A stretch of DNA of 64,000 nucleotides, taken from NCBI RefSeq assembly GCF_006345805.1, contig NC_043018.1:17794001-17858000 (forward strand). Direction: 5' to 3'. How positions within the stretch are numbered: position 1 is the first letter of the stretch; each line of letters begins with the position of its first letter. The notes beneath the pieces were generated by a model. It was not told the origin of the DNA and did not search any database. It worked only from the letters and a program-made list of their open reading frames with translations. Shown here piece by piece: positions 12,617 through 25,063 of this stretch. Made by a program: the position numbers and the translations under genes. Source of the stretch: Octopus sinensis. Taxonomy: Eukaryota.

Positions 12617-13980
12617 TACGTGTGTGTGTGTGTGTGTGTATGTATATATATATATATATATATATAAAATATTAGAAAAAACTACCTTTTATCAATTCAA
12701 AATGAATAATTAAATTGAATTATTTTTCCTTGTAAGTTTCGATTTTATTCCCTCAAATAATAATTATAATATATATATATATATGTGTGTATATATATAA
12801 TACATATATATATATCTATATATATAATATATATAGATATATATATATATATATATTATATATGAATATATGTATTCATATACATTCATACATACATTGA
12901 TAAGTATGTACGTATGCATGTATGTATGTATATGTATGTGTTGGAATATATGCATTTATGGTTGGTCTTCTGAGTGGTAAAATGTAGGAATGTCTTGTGA
13001 AAATGAAAAGATTAAAATTAGCCATGCAGCTGATAGAATTAATAGAAAAACCCAGCTAAAAGTACATTTGATAAAATGGTGGTGCAAAGAACGTTATCAC
13101 TAATGTAAATCAAAAGATCAATATATAAGACTGTAATAGGTTTACGTCTCGAAAATATGATTAATTGACCTTATTAAAATTGGAAGTATTAACTAGAAAG
13201 GAAAATACATTCTTCGGAAGAGAATTTGATTTGGCAGATTAAACCTTACAAGTTTTTCCTTCAGCGAAATCCTCACTGGAATATTGAATAGAACAACAAT
13301 ATTTATTCTACAAATATGATAATGAATATTTCTCCGGAGACCTGGAAGCTGTTCTTAAATGAGATTCAGAGTTTCAAAAATAATTATTTTTATCCAACTT
13401 CATAAAAGCCGATAATCTGGTTCATGTTCTTTTTTGGACACCAAAAATAACGCCTAACATTAAAACTGCAACACGCCATTACGGTATTCGGAAATAGTTT
13501 GACATACTGAAAGTTTGACATGATGAAAGTTCAAAGACTTTCTTCCTCCCACCTCTTCTGCATATCATTGCAATGTTCCTGCATCTGGAATAATGAGTGC
13601 AATAACCAGGATATATAACGGTAAAACGCACTGACATGAGAATATATTGGTAACTACATTATTAAACAATCTACCAGAAGCCCAGAAACCGTTCAGATAT
13701 TGTTAATTACCCCAATATTATGTGTCAACTACATGACACATACGATAGCCACCAATAACAAAATATTCTAGTTCTAATGTCAAGCACCAGTCGTTCCTTT
13801 ACACATTTACAGATGACGTATTTACGCTTTAACTTAGCAAACATTCTAGCGTGAACAGTTTAATTAGACCTAAGCTTTGACAGGGAGTATATATTGCGGC
13901 TTCCTTAGAATACCAAGAACGGCTTCCTTAGAACAACTGCAAGTGGTTCAGGGGCATTACTTATTGAACATCCCTGGTAC

Positions 13981-14024
<44 letters not shown>

Positions 14025-14310
14025 ACGGGAAGCTTTATAAAAATAAACAAAACACGAAGGCAGGTGGAATACAAAGAAATAATTGTATTAGTATGGCGCT
14101 CAGGTATATAAATAAAACAAGTCTTTTATGTTTCGAGCCTACGCTCTTCAACAGAAAGATACACAGAAAAGAAACACGGAGAGAAACAAGGAGAGAAAAA
14201 AATGCGTGCAGAAGCTAGCGATTCAACATGGCGATCTGATTCCGGCCAGAAGTCAAAGATCAAACGTGAGACGCAAGAGCGAAAATAGGGGAGATAACAG
14301 GGTCAAATGA
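14025..14310 (-). mobile_element. Penelope-like terminal (pLTR) fragment in (TA)n, carrying a hammerhead-like motif
   Basis: Starts at a (TA)n boundary; minus strand 14160-14121 folds as a minimal hammerhead; right boundary uncertain. Confidence 0.5.
14121..14160 (-). ncRNA. Minimal hammerhead-like motif with variant core CUGUUGA
   Basis: tcttt-CTGTTGA-a-gagc(gtag)gctc-GAAA-c-a-t-a-aaaga: helix I 5 bp, helix II 4 bp. Confidence 0.55.
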
Positions 14311-14445
14311 CCACGCCCCAACATAAAGGTTTGTGTATGAGAGAGTATATAGTGCGTATGAGAAGTCTGGACGTGTGTATGTATGTATGATGTGATGTGT
14401 AATGTAATATATATATATATGTATATGTATATATATATGTGTGTG

Positions 14446-14483
<38 letters not shown>

Positions 14484-15278
14484 CACACAAATGTACATGC
14501 ATACATACCCATAGTATGTGTATGCATGATTGCATGTGGAGCATTGGAATAAAATAACAAGCCAGAAAGGAATAGAATTTGAGTTGAACTGTGAAGTGTG
14601 CACGCGTGATGGAAATGTAAAGGAAACAAAGACGGATCAAAGACAAATAAAGAAATCTTGAGATGTGAAGAAGGAGTTAGGAGGGAAGATACGCACGGTA
14701 TAGGAGAAGTTGCGTACATGAACATGCTTTTACATTCTGCCAATATTGCATGTAGTGGGTTGAAGCAACTTTATGTGACAGGTTTAAATATTTAATGCCT
14801 ATAAAAAATGTTGCATATGAACTAAGTTTAGAGAACGGGAAGTTTGATTTACTGGTAAACAAACAAACGATATTGAAAAACAGATGTAATTAATCCTCGC
14901 TATCTCTGAAGAAGACACGAGACAAGTCGTTTCACCTATTCATTTCTCAATCCCCCCTCATCCCTCAACCTCTCCCTTTTTGTTTGTATGTATTAGGTTT
15001 CTCTGCAGCTGATATGATAGTCCACCGCCTGTGTCAATACAAATCTCAATCTTTGCCCTACATTTTCACTCTCAGTTACACATACAAACATATACATGCA
15101 TACGCACACACACACACACAGATATTTGTGCAGCATATGTGTGCGTATTCTTTTGACACTTAATCTTCTTTAGGGATCGCTTCTGCATTTGAATTCATTT
15201 AGACTTCCGTAAAATCCAACAGATTTATAATAGGATATAACCGAAATGTTTTCTTGCCATTTCTTTCCATTAACTCTC

Positions 15279-15673
15279 AATAATCCGTTCTACTATAGGC
15301 ACAAGGCCTGAATTGTGGGGCGGGTACTAGTCGATTACATCCACGCCAGTGTTTCACTGGTACTTAATTTATCGACCCCGAAAGGATGAAAGGCAAAGTC
15401 ATCTTCGGTGGAATTTGAATTCAGAACTCAGACAAAATACCTATTTCTTTACTACCCACAAGGAGCTAAACACAGAGAGGACAAACAAGGACAGACAGAC
15501 GGATTAAGTCGATTACATCGACTCAAGTGCATAACTGGTACTTAGTTTATCGACCGCGAAAGAATGAACGGCAAAGTCAACCTCGGCGGAATTTGAACTC
15601 AGAACGTAACGGTAGACGAAATACCGCTAAGCATTTTTTTCCGGCCTGCTAACTATTCTGCCAGCCCACCGCC
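15279..15673 (-). mobile_element. SINE family A dimer whose second body ends in a different tail
   Basis: Head at 15673, first body ends in the usual cttgtgggtagtaaagaaata tail, second body ends caggccttgtgcctatagtagaacggattatt. Confidence 0.82.
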
Positions 15674-16266
15674 TTATTTTACCTTGAATAATGAAGTCCA
15701 GAAGAGGAAAAAATGTTTACTAATGCAGTAAATACGATGCAGAAAAAATACACAATCTGAATTTCGTATTGGTTCCCAAAGAACATCATTTATTTTAGGG
15801 CGTATGCGTGTTAAAATAATAGAATATATTCGATCAGTAATGATCGATCTACTTCACCGACTTACGACTTTTACAACTGATGGATTAAAAATATTATATT
15901 TGCGTGAATAACTCTCTATTCACTATACAGAGAACTCATTATCGAAACTTGCATGGTCGGTTGTATACGTGTGTGTGGATAAGTATGCATGGGAACAAAC
16001 GCACACAGACATACAAGCTCAGATATGTTGCATTCGTTATGCGTTGATATGTGTGTGTGTGTGCGTTTATGTGTATATATATTATATCTTTTCATTTGTC
16101 TTGCTCGGTTACGTTCTGGCGCTTGCTAAATTTTCTTGAGAATATTCCTTTCTTAGTGGTAAGACCATAGGGGGTCTACGTGTAGCTTATGGATGTCCAC
16201 TTAGTGGTCATCACGCTTATATGTATATAAATAAATGAATAAATAAATAAATATATATATATATAT

Positions 16267-16376
16267 AGTATAGAAGCCATCTTATCATGGCTAACCACAT
16301 TGGTATGATGGCTTCTATACTTTACATTATCGAGCGATTACTGTTTCAATCTCATTCTGAGATTTAATTATGCTTA
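16267..16376 (+). mobile_element. Mini fold-back + tail insertion in (TA)n (Penelope-end-like)
   Basis: Arms agtatagaagccatc (16267-16281) / gatggcttctatact (16307-16321), then ~55-nt unique tail, TA repeats on both sides. Confidence 0.55.
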
Positions 16377-17870
16377 TATATATATATATATAAAACGCCT
16401 TGCCACAATACTTGATATCATCCACGTGACCGACGTGGAAGGTCTCCTTCATTTCAAAAGTGGACGGTATTATTCAATGGTACTGTTAACTATTAGTGTA
16501 TCAAGAATGGAATGTGGAGGAATTATGTGTATTTGCTTGTGTAATCTGTGAGTATAATGAGTATTAATACTTTTGAAATTTTGTTGGTCATATCTGGGAT
16601 TTGAACACACTAATCCGTTGATATGATAAAGAACTACTTAATTACAAACTGATGAGAACATGGCATTAACTTAGTACCATTAATCTTAATGTTATTAATA
16701 TCCTGACATCTAGGAATCTATTAGTGAAGGCGAAACCTATTTGGTTCAGAGACAATTTTAAGCTCAAAACAAGAATGTGAAATCAATTAATATATTCAAT
16801 AAATGTTTATGATTAGTTTCCATATTGGGATGTGAATGTTGTTTGTGCTAATAGTCTATATACGATTCTTTTGGATTTGTCACATGAAGTATGGTATTGC
16901 AATTTTGAATAGCCAGAAGCTAACATCGATTACTGATTGGTTATGGAATCAAAATTATGGAATTGAGCACATTATATTTGGTTTTCCGTCGCAGCACAAT
17001 CTGATTAAAATTCTTACACATGATTCAAGGATACGTATAATATACGATAATATAAAGTGTGATAACTAAAGATGACATAATATAAATATAGAGAGCTTCT
17101 TTAAAGGGCGTGTTGAAGTAGAAGAAGAAAAGGGGAAGGTCAAAAGGGGAGACATCAAACGAAGAGAAGGAGAATCATTTCTATGAGAAGAAATAAATGG
17201 TATTTTTTGTTAGCGGTGTAGGATATTGTTAGAAATGCACAGCGGGTTACAGGCTAAAGGCACTGTTTGTCGAATGCGTGTAGGTGTGAAAACATATAAA
17301 AGAATCGAAATGCAAAACATCGCTAAGAAAATTAATGTTTCTACTGAAATCGTAAATTGCAAGTACCGTTGAAGGCTTAGTCAGGTGTAAATGTGTCAAC
17401 ACATGACTTTAATAAGAACTGTGAGATTCTGCGCTAATATGGTTTACGATCCGTTGCAACAGTTGTGAGTCGACATCTGAAAGAACAAAGGTGGCGAAAA
17501 TGGAATTCTAGGCATTAAAGAATCGAAAGAATTGTTATAATGGTTACTTGATGCCTGGGAAGGGTACGAAAAGGATAACTAATAAACAATATGTGTAAAA
17601 CGTGCAAAGATTGCATAACTGAAGGATGGTTTGGATAACACATGGATTGTTTTCCCGTTTATGTGAAGGTGTTTCTCCTTTGTAACAATGATAGCAGAGA
17701 TAGACAAAGACCAAAGCAATAATACGAATGGGAACTAGTAATGATGCATAACGAGGAAGGTAATCACAATTTATAAAGTAGCACAAAACATTAAAGTTAT
17801 TTGTTTTGCTCTCCGCCCGTCATTTAGATCCTACTTTAGCAACACTATCATGTATTCACTCAGAATATAT

Positions 17871-18150
17871 CCTTCACGGTCCATCATGGCATTACGGAGG
17901 TCCTGTTGCTGGATGCTTGTATCCCTGGAGATTACATCAGGGTAGGAGAGTGTGCGCCCTCTGGTATTGCGAGTAGATGGCTTCCAGACGAGAAGAGTAG
18001 AAATTACCTCTTTTTCAGCTCTACAACAATGTCCAGCAAACTGGACTCTCTTACCTTTCACAAGAGATGACACAGGTGGTAATTTCCCATATATTTGTAT
18101 TTTGGTTGGATGGCGCTTCCACGAGAGATTTTGAGCTCTCATAAGGAGAG
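17871..18150 (-). mobile_element. RTE-group LINE, C-terminal fragment
   Basis: ORF 17831-18142: LSWKRHPTKIQIYGKLPPVSSLVKGKRVQFAGHCCR...RGRTLSYPDVISRDT...LRNAMMDR, typical RTE-group post-RT region. Confidence 0.8.
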
Positions 18151-18480
18151 TAATGATAATAATGATATCCTTTTAATATGCTGTCTATTACAATAGCCAA
18201 CTTTCATGTAAGAAATAGATGAAAATACACCATGGCTAAGGTTCTGAGACGGCAGTGACAATAATGAAAATTATTAAACAAAAACAAAGTTGTATTATAC
18301 TATTAAGTCCTATCTTTACGCACGTACTACAGGCTACAACACTTAAAGTTTTTTATGAACTTGTGGATTCATTAAGAGCCAAGTGGTCTACAGCCATTCC
18401 AGCCAAGCATGTTATCGAAAGTCAAGTCATTGCTGACCACTGAATTGACCTCAGGCAACGAGTTATCGAAGCAGGTGTTC

Positions 18481-18885
18481 TAATAATAGTTTCAATTGAG
18501 AAAGAAAACAAACTATGCTAGATCATAGATATAGCATGCCCAGATGACAACAAGGTATGCGATAAGGAAGAAAGAAATGTCGAGAGATATGACAGGTTAG
18601 CTTGAGAACTTAAGCAGCTGTGGTCGATGAAAAAGGTAGCAGTAGTACCAATAATTGTCGGAGCCCTGGGAACAGTGAGCAAAAATTTCGAGAAGTACAT
18701 GGAACAAATAGGGGCTGCAATAAGAGTGGAGCACTTGTAGAAAACAGCACTGCTTGAAACTGCTCAAATAGTCCGGAAGGTGGTCGAAAAATAAGGGGGG
18801 TTACCTTAGTTCACTGGTAGTGAACAACTGACACTGTAGTACACCTCCAGCGTTAGAAGCTGTGCAATGGCAATAATAATAATAA
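18481..18885 (+). mobile_element. 3' end of a second RLE-type (R4/Dong-like) LINE, pseudogenised
   Basis: Manual translation: IIDIACPDDNKVCDKEERNVERYDRLA*ELKQLWSMKKVAVVPIIVGALGTVSKNFEKYMEQIG...L*KTALLETAQIVRKVVEK*; short 3' UTR ending in (TAA)n; taataa at 5' junction. Confidence 0.85.
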
Positions 18886-18923
18886 GAGGATGAATAAGAA
18901 AAAGAAGAGCAACAAAATTATTT

Positions 18924-18977
<54 letters not shown>

Positions 18978-19249
18978 CAGTACCAGTGGTGATAGCAACA
19001 AAGGCACCAACCGCAACAACATCTGACAAAAGATAGAGATCAATAATAATGGAGTGCATCGTCGTAGATCAATAAGTCCCACGTGTACGACGCTGAAAAC
19101 TAAGAATATTATTCACAGACTTTTCTAAATACTTCTTGGGTTTTTTGTGAAGTGGGCAAGAAATGAATCCATAATTACAATGAAACTTTACCAATCCAGA
19201 CAGCAATGTGAATTGCAAGAAAAATATCGAGAAACTATGAAACACAGTT

Positions 19250-19404
19250 TTTCTTTCTCTCTCTCTCTCTTTCTCTCTGTCTATCTACTTAACTATCTAT
19301 CTATCCATTTATCTATCTATCTACCTATCTATCCATCTATCTATCTATCCATCTATCTAACTATCCATCTATCTGTCAATCTATCTATCTATCTATCTAT
19401 CTAA

Positions 19405-19435
<31 letters not shown>

Positions 19436-19520
19436 ACTATCTATCTATCTCTATCTATCTATATATATATATATATAATATATATATATATTATATATAT
19501 AGATATATATATATATCTGT
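19250..19520. repeat. (CT)n/(CTAT)n/(TA)n microsatellite
   Basis: Direct reading. Confidence 0.93.
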
Positions 19521-19783
19521 ATGTCTGTCTTTGTGTCTCTGTATGTGTGTCTGTCTATCTCATCATATACAAGTATATATACATACATTCATAAATCTGC
19601 ATATATGTTAATGTATGTATGTAAATGTATACACATGTATGCATGTGCACGTATAAATATGTGAGTGCAGGTGTGTATCTGCAGGTAAGAGTGTGTGTAA
19701 ATATATGTATACAACTAGACACTTAGGTAGATAGATAAATCGATAGATACGTAGATATATAGATAGGTACTCAGTTATTTGGC

Positions 19784-19920
19784 TAGGTAGGTAGGTAGGT
19801 AGGTCGGTAGTTAGGTAGGTAGGTAGGTAGGTAAGTTGGTAGGTAGGTAGGTAGGTAGATAGGTAGGTAGGTAGGTAGGTAGGTAGGTAGGTAGGTAGGT
19901 AGGTAGGTAGGTAGGTAGAT
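19784..19920. repeat. (TAGG)n microsatellite
   Basis: Direct reading. Confidence 0.95.
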
Positions 19921-20452
19921 AAGTATTGTAACGTGCTTTTAATAATAATTCCAGTTGGTTGGATTGTATTGATAGTTAATTCTCATTTTCAAATGAACCA
20001 GTTTCGCAAGTTTCACGTGACACGTTACGCGAGGGTTGCATTGAAGAATATATTTGATATGCAGCGAGGTTAATTGGTTCTTTACGGCAACCTATTCATG
20101 ATTTTCCTATGCGCTTTATTTTATTTGCATATTACCCATAGACAATGATTGTGAAGAAAAAGTAAAGCATTTAATACATTCACAATAGACACAGTTGAGC
20201 TCCAGTGTCAGGATCCAGTTTGAACAATTATCGGAGCTAGCTGGGAATGTCCTATCGGACAAATATCGGCTAATTGATTAGTGAAGAAATAATTATAACA
20301 ATAACAATAATGTGTGCGTGCGTGCGTTTGTGTGTATAATATATTATATACATATGTATAGATATAAGAAATAGATAATATATAGATATATTATAATATA
20401 TATATATATATGTATGTATATGCATATATATATATATACATACATATATATG

Positions 20453-20537
<85 letters not shown>

Positions 20538-20562
20538 TGAACATATATATATATATGTACAT

Positions 20563-20607
<45 letters not shown>

Positions 20608-21257
20608 TGAACATATGCATTTATGTTTACATGACCTACATACATTCATAAACACACACATACACGTTACACATATTATATCCGTTAATACGAAAGTACA
20701 GCTCTGATGCTGTCTGTATCTCTGAATATTTCAATAATTGGCCATCTATATTTAGTATTCCTTGCACTAAACTAAAGCGGTCCTCACATTCGATTTTCGC
20801 TTCCCTTCTGCAACTGACCGTTTTTGGTTTGTAAGTTGAATGAAATACACATCAACCCAATACATAAAATTGTATCGTATCCCCTTACATAAAATGCTTG
20901 CAGAATTATCAGCAGCGTATCTGAAGTTGTAGCCATAAGTACTCCAATTGGTATGACTGCCAAAAAGAGACTGCTGACGTTGGAAGAGCTTTATCCGCAA
21001 CAAATCCCTTGCAACATATCTCAACACCGTAAAATCCATGGGTTGATTTAGATTAAAACAAACGTTTATAAAGCCACCTCTCTTTATCTCTCTCTATATA
21101 TATGTGGGTGTGCGAGTGTGAGCGCCCGTGTGTGTGTACATAAAGCTCTTATCTTTACATGCAGCTTGTCAGAGTTTGTTAGCCTCTCTCTGTTGCTCTA
21201 TTACTTAGAGTGTGCTTCTCCCTGGGACTTTTGATTTACTTACGATACATACATACA

Positions 21258-21394
21258 CAGGCGTGGCTATGTGGTAAGTAGATTGCTTACCAGCCACATG
21301 GTTCTGGGTTAAGTACCACTGCGTGGCACCTTGGGCAATTTTTTATAATATAGCCTAGGGCCGACCAAAGCCTTGTGGGTGGATTTGGTAGACG
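21258..21394 (+). mobile_element. SINE family B, 5' fragment
   Basis: gtggctatgtggtaagtagattgcttacc...gccgaccaaagccttgtgggtggatttggtagacg. Confidence 0.85.
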
Positions 21395-22729
21395 TCAAGA
21401 TTAGTAAGTCGTCTTGTCTATTCTCCTTCGTTCAGTCATATATTTCACCATCTTTTGAAATGTATGTACACGTATCATTCTAAAAAAAAAGTGATTATGT
21501 ATAGAAATATCAATGCTCTGGTGTGATAGAAATTAATGCAATTCTCTTCTTTCACTTACTGAATACAAATTCAACTTGTTTTGACTTGGTGTTTTAACAT
21601 CAATAAGATCGATGAAGTAAATTCTGGTGAAAACTTATACGAAGTGCAGGAAATTTACAAACAAATTCTATGGAACATTGATTTATCAATTATTACAAAA
21701 GACAGTATTTACTATTTATAGATGGACTAAAAGTTTTCTAACAACAAATATTGGTTTTTAATATTCAACTTATGACTTATGAGGTGATAAAATGTCAATT
21801 GTTGAACAACGTCACTCTTCTGTTAGAATATCGACAATTCTTTTTAGGAACGTATGAATGATCAAAAGCAAAATATATCTCGGCAGAATTTGAACCCATG
21901 ATTTTAGTTTGATAAGCTGTATTTCATTATTTGAAGTTAATCAATAGGAAATTTCTAGACAGAAATTTATGATCCGACAGTCATTCGATAAATATCAATT
22001 GTGTGTTTGACTGAGCTTCTTTGAGATATACTGTATTACGAACAAAATAATTCTGACCTTGCCCTCTAGCTATTTAACCTAAGAAACACTTGCCAATCTT
22101 TGATAATCCATTTAAATTTCAATAGACTTCAATTTCGGTGATATCTGTAGTTTAGCAGGAATTCTTAATTAATACTAACTTGTCTTCTCATTAGCTGGAG
22201 GATTTCAACTGATTAATTAGTTATTACGAGACAGTCCCTGTGCGTCACTTCCAAGCACTCTACCTTACCTCCTTCTTCCAAGATCCTCAGATGTGGACCT
22301 ATTTGCTGACACACCAATAGAACATGGTATGGTAATAGCTTATAAAATTATGTATTTGTTTACTGCATTTATATTTGAATTAACTCAAAAGTCAATTTCG
22401 GGAAAATAAACGAATTTATTTCTAACTTAAAGAAACCCAAAATAAATTATATTCATCACATATTCAATATGAGGTTTTAAATTTCTTTCCAGCCAAGTAT
22501 TTATCGTAGCTATGAATAGCAAGATGTCAGTAATACAAAATAAAAGAAGACAAGCAAAATTTGAGAGATGTCACAAAAAGTGAGATGAGATTCTTGTTGC
22601 TGTTATCGGGCAATACTAATTAAGATATAGAATAATCTTTCTGATAGACGCGATATGACCTTCCTGTACAGTCGAGTCCTTGCCGCCGACATTTCTGTGC
22701 TTCTATTATTGTGATCTTGGATATATATA

Positions 22730-22794
<65 letters not shown>

Positions 22795-22796
<2 letters not shown>

Positions 22797-23110
22797 GGAG
22801 ATGTACTTGCATAGCGAGCGACTTGATCTGAGTTCATGTGCTGGAACGAAAACAATTGCAGCGTGGAAGGTGTTTATAAGCCATTTAAGAAACACACAAA
22901 AAACCGTTAGATTCACTTCAACATTTAATTTAATTGTCACTGAATTTTCGTCGCTTTGAGATGTGATGCAGCACGAAGTTTTGTCAGTGAACAGGTCGCG
23001 GTCTCAAAGCGACGAAAATATTTTGGCAAATTAAATTTAAATGTTGAAGTGAATCTAACGGGTTTTGTGTATTTCTTAAATAGCTTATAAACACTTTCCA
23101 CGCTGCAATT

Positions 23111-23114
<4 letters not shown>
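22795..23114. mobile_element. Penelope-like fold-back insertion in (TA)n with hammerhead motif
   Basis: Inverted arms ~22849-22961 and ~23002-23114 (aaacaattgcagcgtggaa...cgctttgaga / tctcaaagcg...ccacgctgcaattgttt), unique extension 22795-22848, TA repeats both sides. Confidence 0.75.
22980..23030 (+). ncRNA. Hammerhead ribozyme-like motif with G3-C8 swapped core
   Basis: tttgtca-GTGAACA-g-gtcgc(ggtctcaaa)gcgac-GAA-aatatt-t-tggcaaa: helix I 7 bp (one GU), helix II 5 bp, palindromic helix III AAUAUU. Confidence 0.6.
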
Positions 23115-23142
<28 letters not shown>

Positions 23143-23148
<6 letters not shown>

Positions 23149-23413
23149 GAGGGCATTATTACACATAAATGCCTCACACTAAGAGGACATAAGTCATTAC
23201 TACCAATGACATAAGTCAGTAATGACATAAGTCATTACTTATGTCCCTCTTAGTGTGAGGCATTTATGTGTAATAATGCCCTCTATATATTATAAATTAA
23301 TATGTTCAAAAGAAAAAAAATTATTTTCGAATTTTTCTCTTATGAGGTTTTTCACGCTAACTACCTGATGATTTCTTGTTAAGATTCCTTATTAAGAAGT
23401 TATCCTTAATTGT

Positions 23414-23417
<4 letters not shown>
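23143..23417 (+). mobile_element. Fold-back + tail insertion in (TA)n
   Basis: Near-perfect ~50-bp arms tatatagagggcattattacacataaatgcctcacactaagagg / cctcttagtgtgaggcatttatgtgtaataatgccctctatata; unique tail 23290-23417. Confidence 0.75.
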
Positions 23418-23478
<61 letters not shown>

Positions 23479-23487
<9 letters not shown>

Positions 23488-23754
23488 TTAATTAGAGACA
23501 GAACCACTATTTTGCAAAACAAACAAGGAAAGACTTAATCAATACATAAAATTTTAATAAAAAGTTTAATAAAAAATACTTTTTATTAAGCTTTTTATTA
23601 AAATTTTATGTATTGATTAAGTCTTTCCTTGTTGTTTTGCAAAATAGTGGTTTTGTCTCTAATTAATATTTATATAATATTTTACTATAAAATTGGATTT
23701 AATCCTAAATCTGATTTTTTTCCCTGTAAATTTGGATTTATTCCCTAATATTTA
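23479..23754 (+). mobile_element. Fold-back + tail insertion in (TA)n
   Basis: ~95-bp near-perfect arms spanning 23479-23675, almost no loop; unique tail 23676-23754. Confidence 0.75.
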
Positions 23755-23758
23755 TATA

Positions 23759-23796
<38 letters not shown>

Positions 23797-24336
23797 ACAT
23801 GATATCAAGGTTAAAATAAAAACGAGAAGAGCTGAAACAGAGTTGTAGGGAATAGATAAATTGACATACTTGCCTACAAGACAGAGGTGGAAAATCTTGT
23901 GTTTCTACGAATCTGATTTTATCATTTTGGAGCTTGAAGAAATTTTTATCTGAAAGTGAAAGTAAAAACAGGACATAAATAAATAATAAATATTGAATTC
24001 CCGCGTGTTTAATACATTTGTGTTATTCCTTTTTTTTAAAACTTCTGTGAACTGTTTCATTGAACTTCCTTGGCGCGTGATGTGAATATTTGATAAAGCC
24101 CAAATGCATTATGGAATTAAAAGTATTATGCGTATCGCTCCCCCCCCCATGTATATTTTTAAATCTTTTAATAATTTCGCTCATTAAGCAGGTTAAATCG
24201 AGCAATAATGCAGATATAAGCCGAAAGCGGGAAGGAAGGTTGTTGTCCGGAAATAAATATTTGACATTTCGTTTGTGTATTTGCTTTGCAACTTTCTTGG
24301 TGTGAAGTCGTGTGGTGAAAAAAAAAAACATTGTTG

Positions 24337-24703
24337 TATCTTTGGAGAACCCGTAGACCAAAAAATAAACACACGCATTGCTTCAGTTTCATTTCTTTCC
24401 TATTTATTATTCGACATTTGATTAACTGTTCAACCAACTGAATAATCAATCAGTTGTGATTGCCAATCTTCATTCATTCAGTAGTATTTGAAACAAACCT
24501 GAAGCCGACCTGGAATGGAGAGAGCAAGTTTTAGACGGAGTCGTGCGAGGTGTAGGAAGAAAGGACTGAGGCAAACATAAACTGATCGTTTAATTAACCG
24601 GATGAGTAATCAAATAATCGATTCAAGCAATTGGCGAATAATGAACAAAGAAGCGAAACTGAATCAGTGCGTGTTTATTGTTGGTGTAATGACCTCCAAG
24701 ATA
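24337..24703. mobile_element. Old MITE-like inverted-repeat element
   Basis: aataaacacacgcattgcttcagtttc (~24364-24390) pairs with gaaactgaatcagtgcgtgtttatt (~24655-24679); outer tatctttggag / ctccaagata. Confidence 0.55.
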
Positions 24704-25032
24704 TTTTAGAATATATTAACTTTGTCATTCCATACGATATTAAAGCTGCTTTGGGTTGATTTTAATGTTTATCGTTAGCAGAGTTGTTTTCGTTCGTTTT
24801 CCTTGTATGTCTCCAATGACATTTTTTTGTTCCTAACTGTGACCCTCCATAAACCCTAAATTTTATTTTAGAATTTATGTGAGCAACTGTCTTTGAAGGC
24901 TCATATTGTCGTTGAATGCTCGAAATGAGGAGTAGATAGACAGATTACTTCTATTTTCCATTTTCTCGTTGTTGACATATTTCATATCATTTGTACCGTT
25001 GGTGATGTCCTGTACACATAACTGCATGTATT

Positions 25033-25063
<31 letters not shown>

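Noticed and set aside
14900-14935. CUGAAGA + short stem (similar cases at 23369, 37948, 52261)
   Set aside because: GAAA and/or helices I/III absent; indistinguishable from chance or extreme decay
19784-19920. Telomeric repeat
   Set aside because: Unit is TAGG tetramer, not TTAGGG/TTAGG
22260-22345. Small exon candidates on either strand
   Set aside because: Splice-like signals exist both ways but peptides are unrecognisable and no partner exons found
22600-23790. CRISPR-like repeat-spacer array
   Set aside because: Separators are variable (TA)n runs and inserts are 120-320 bp fold-backs in eukaryotic DNA; no cas genes
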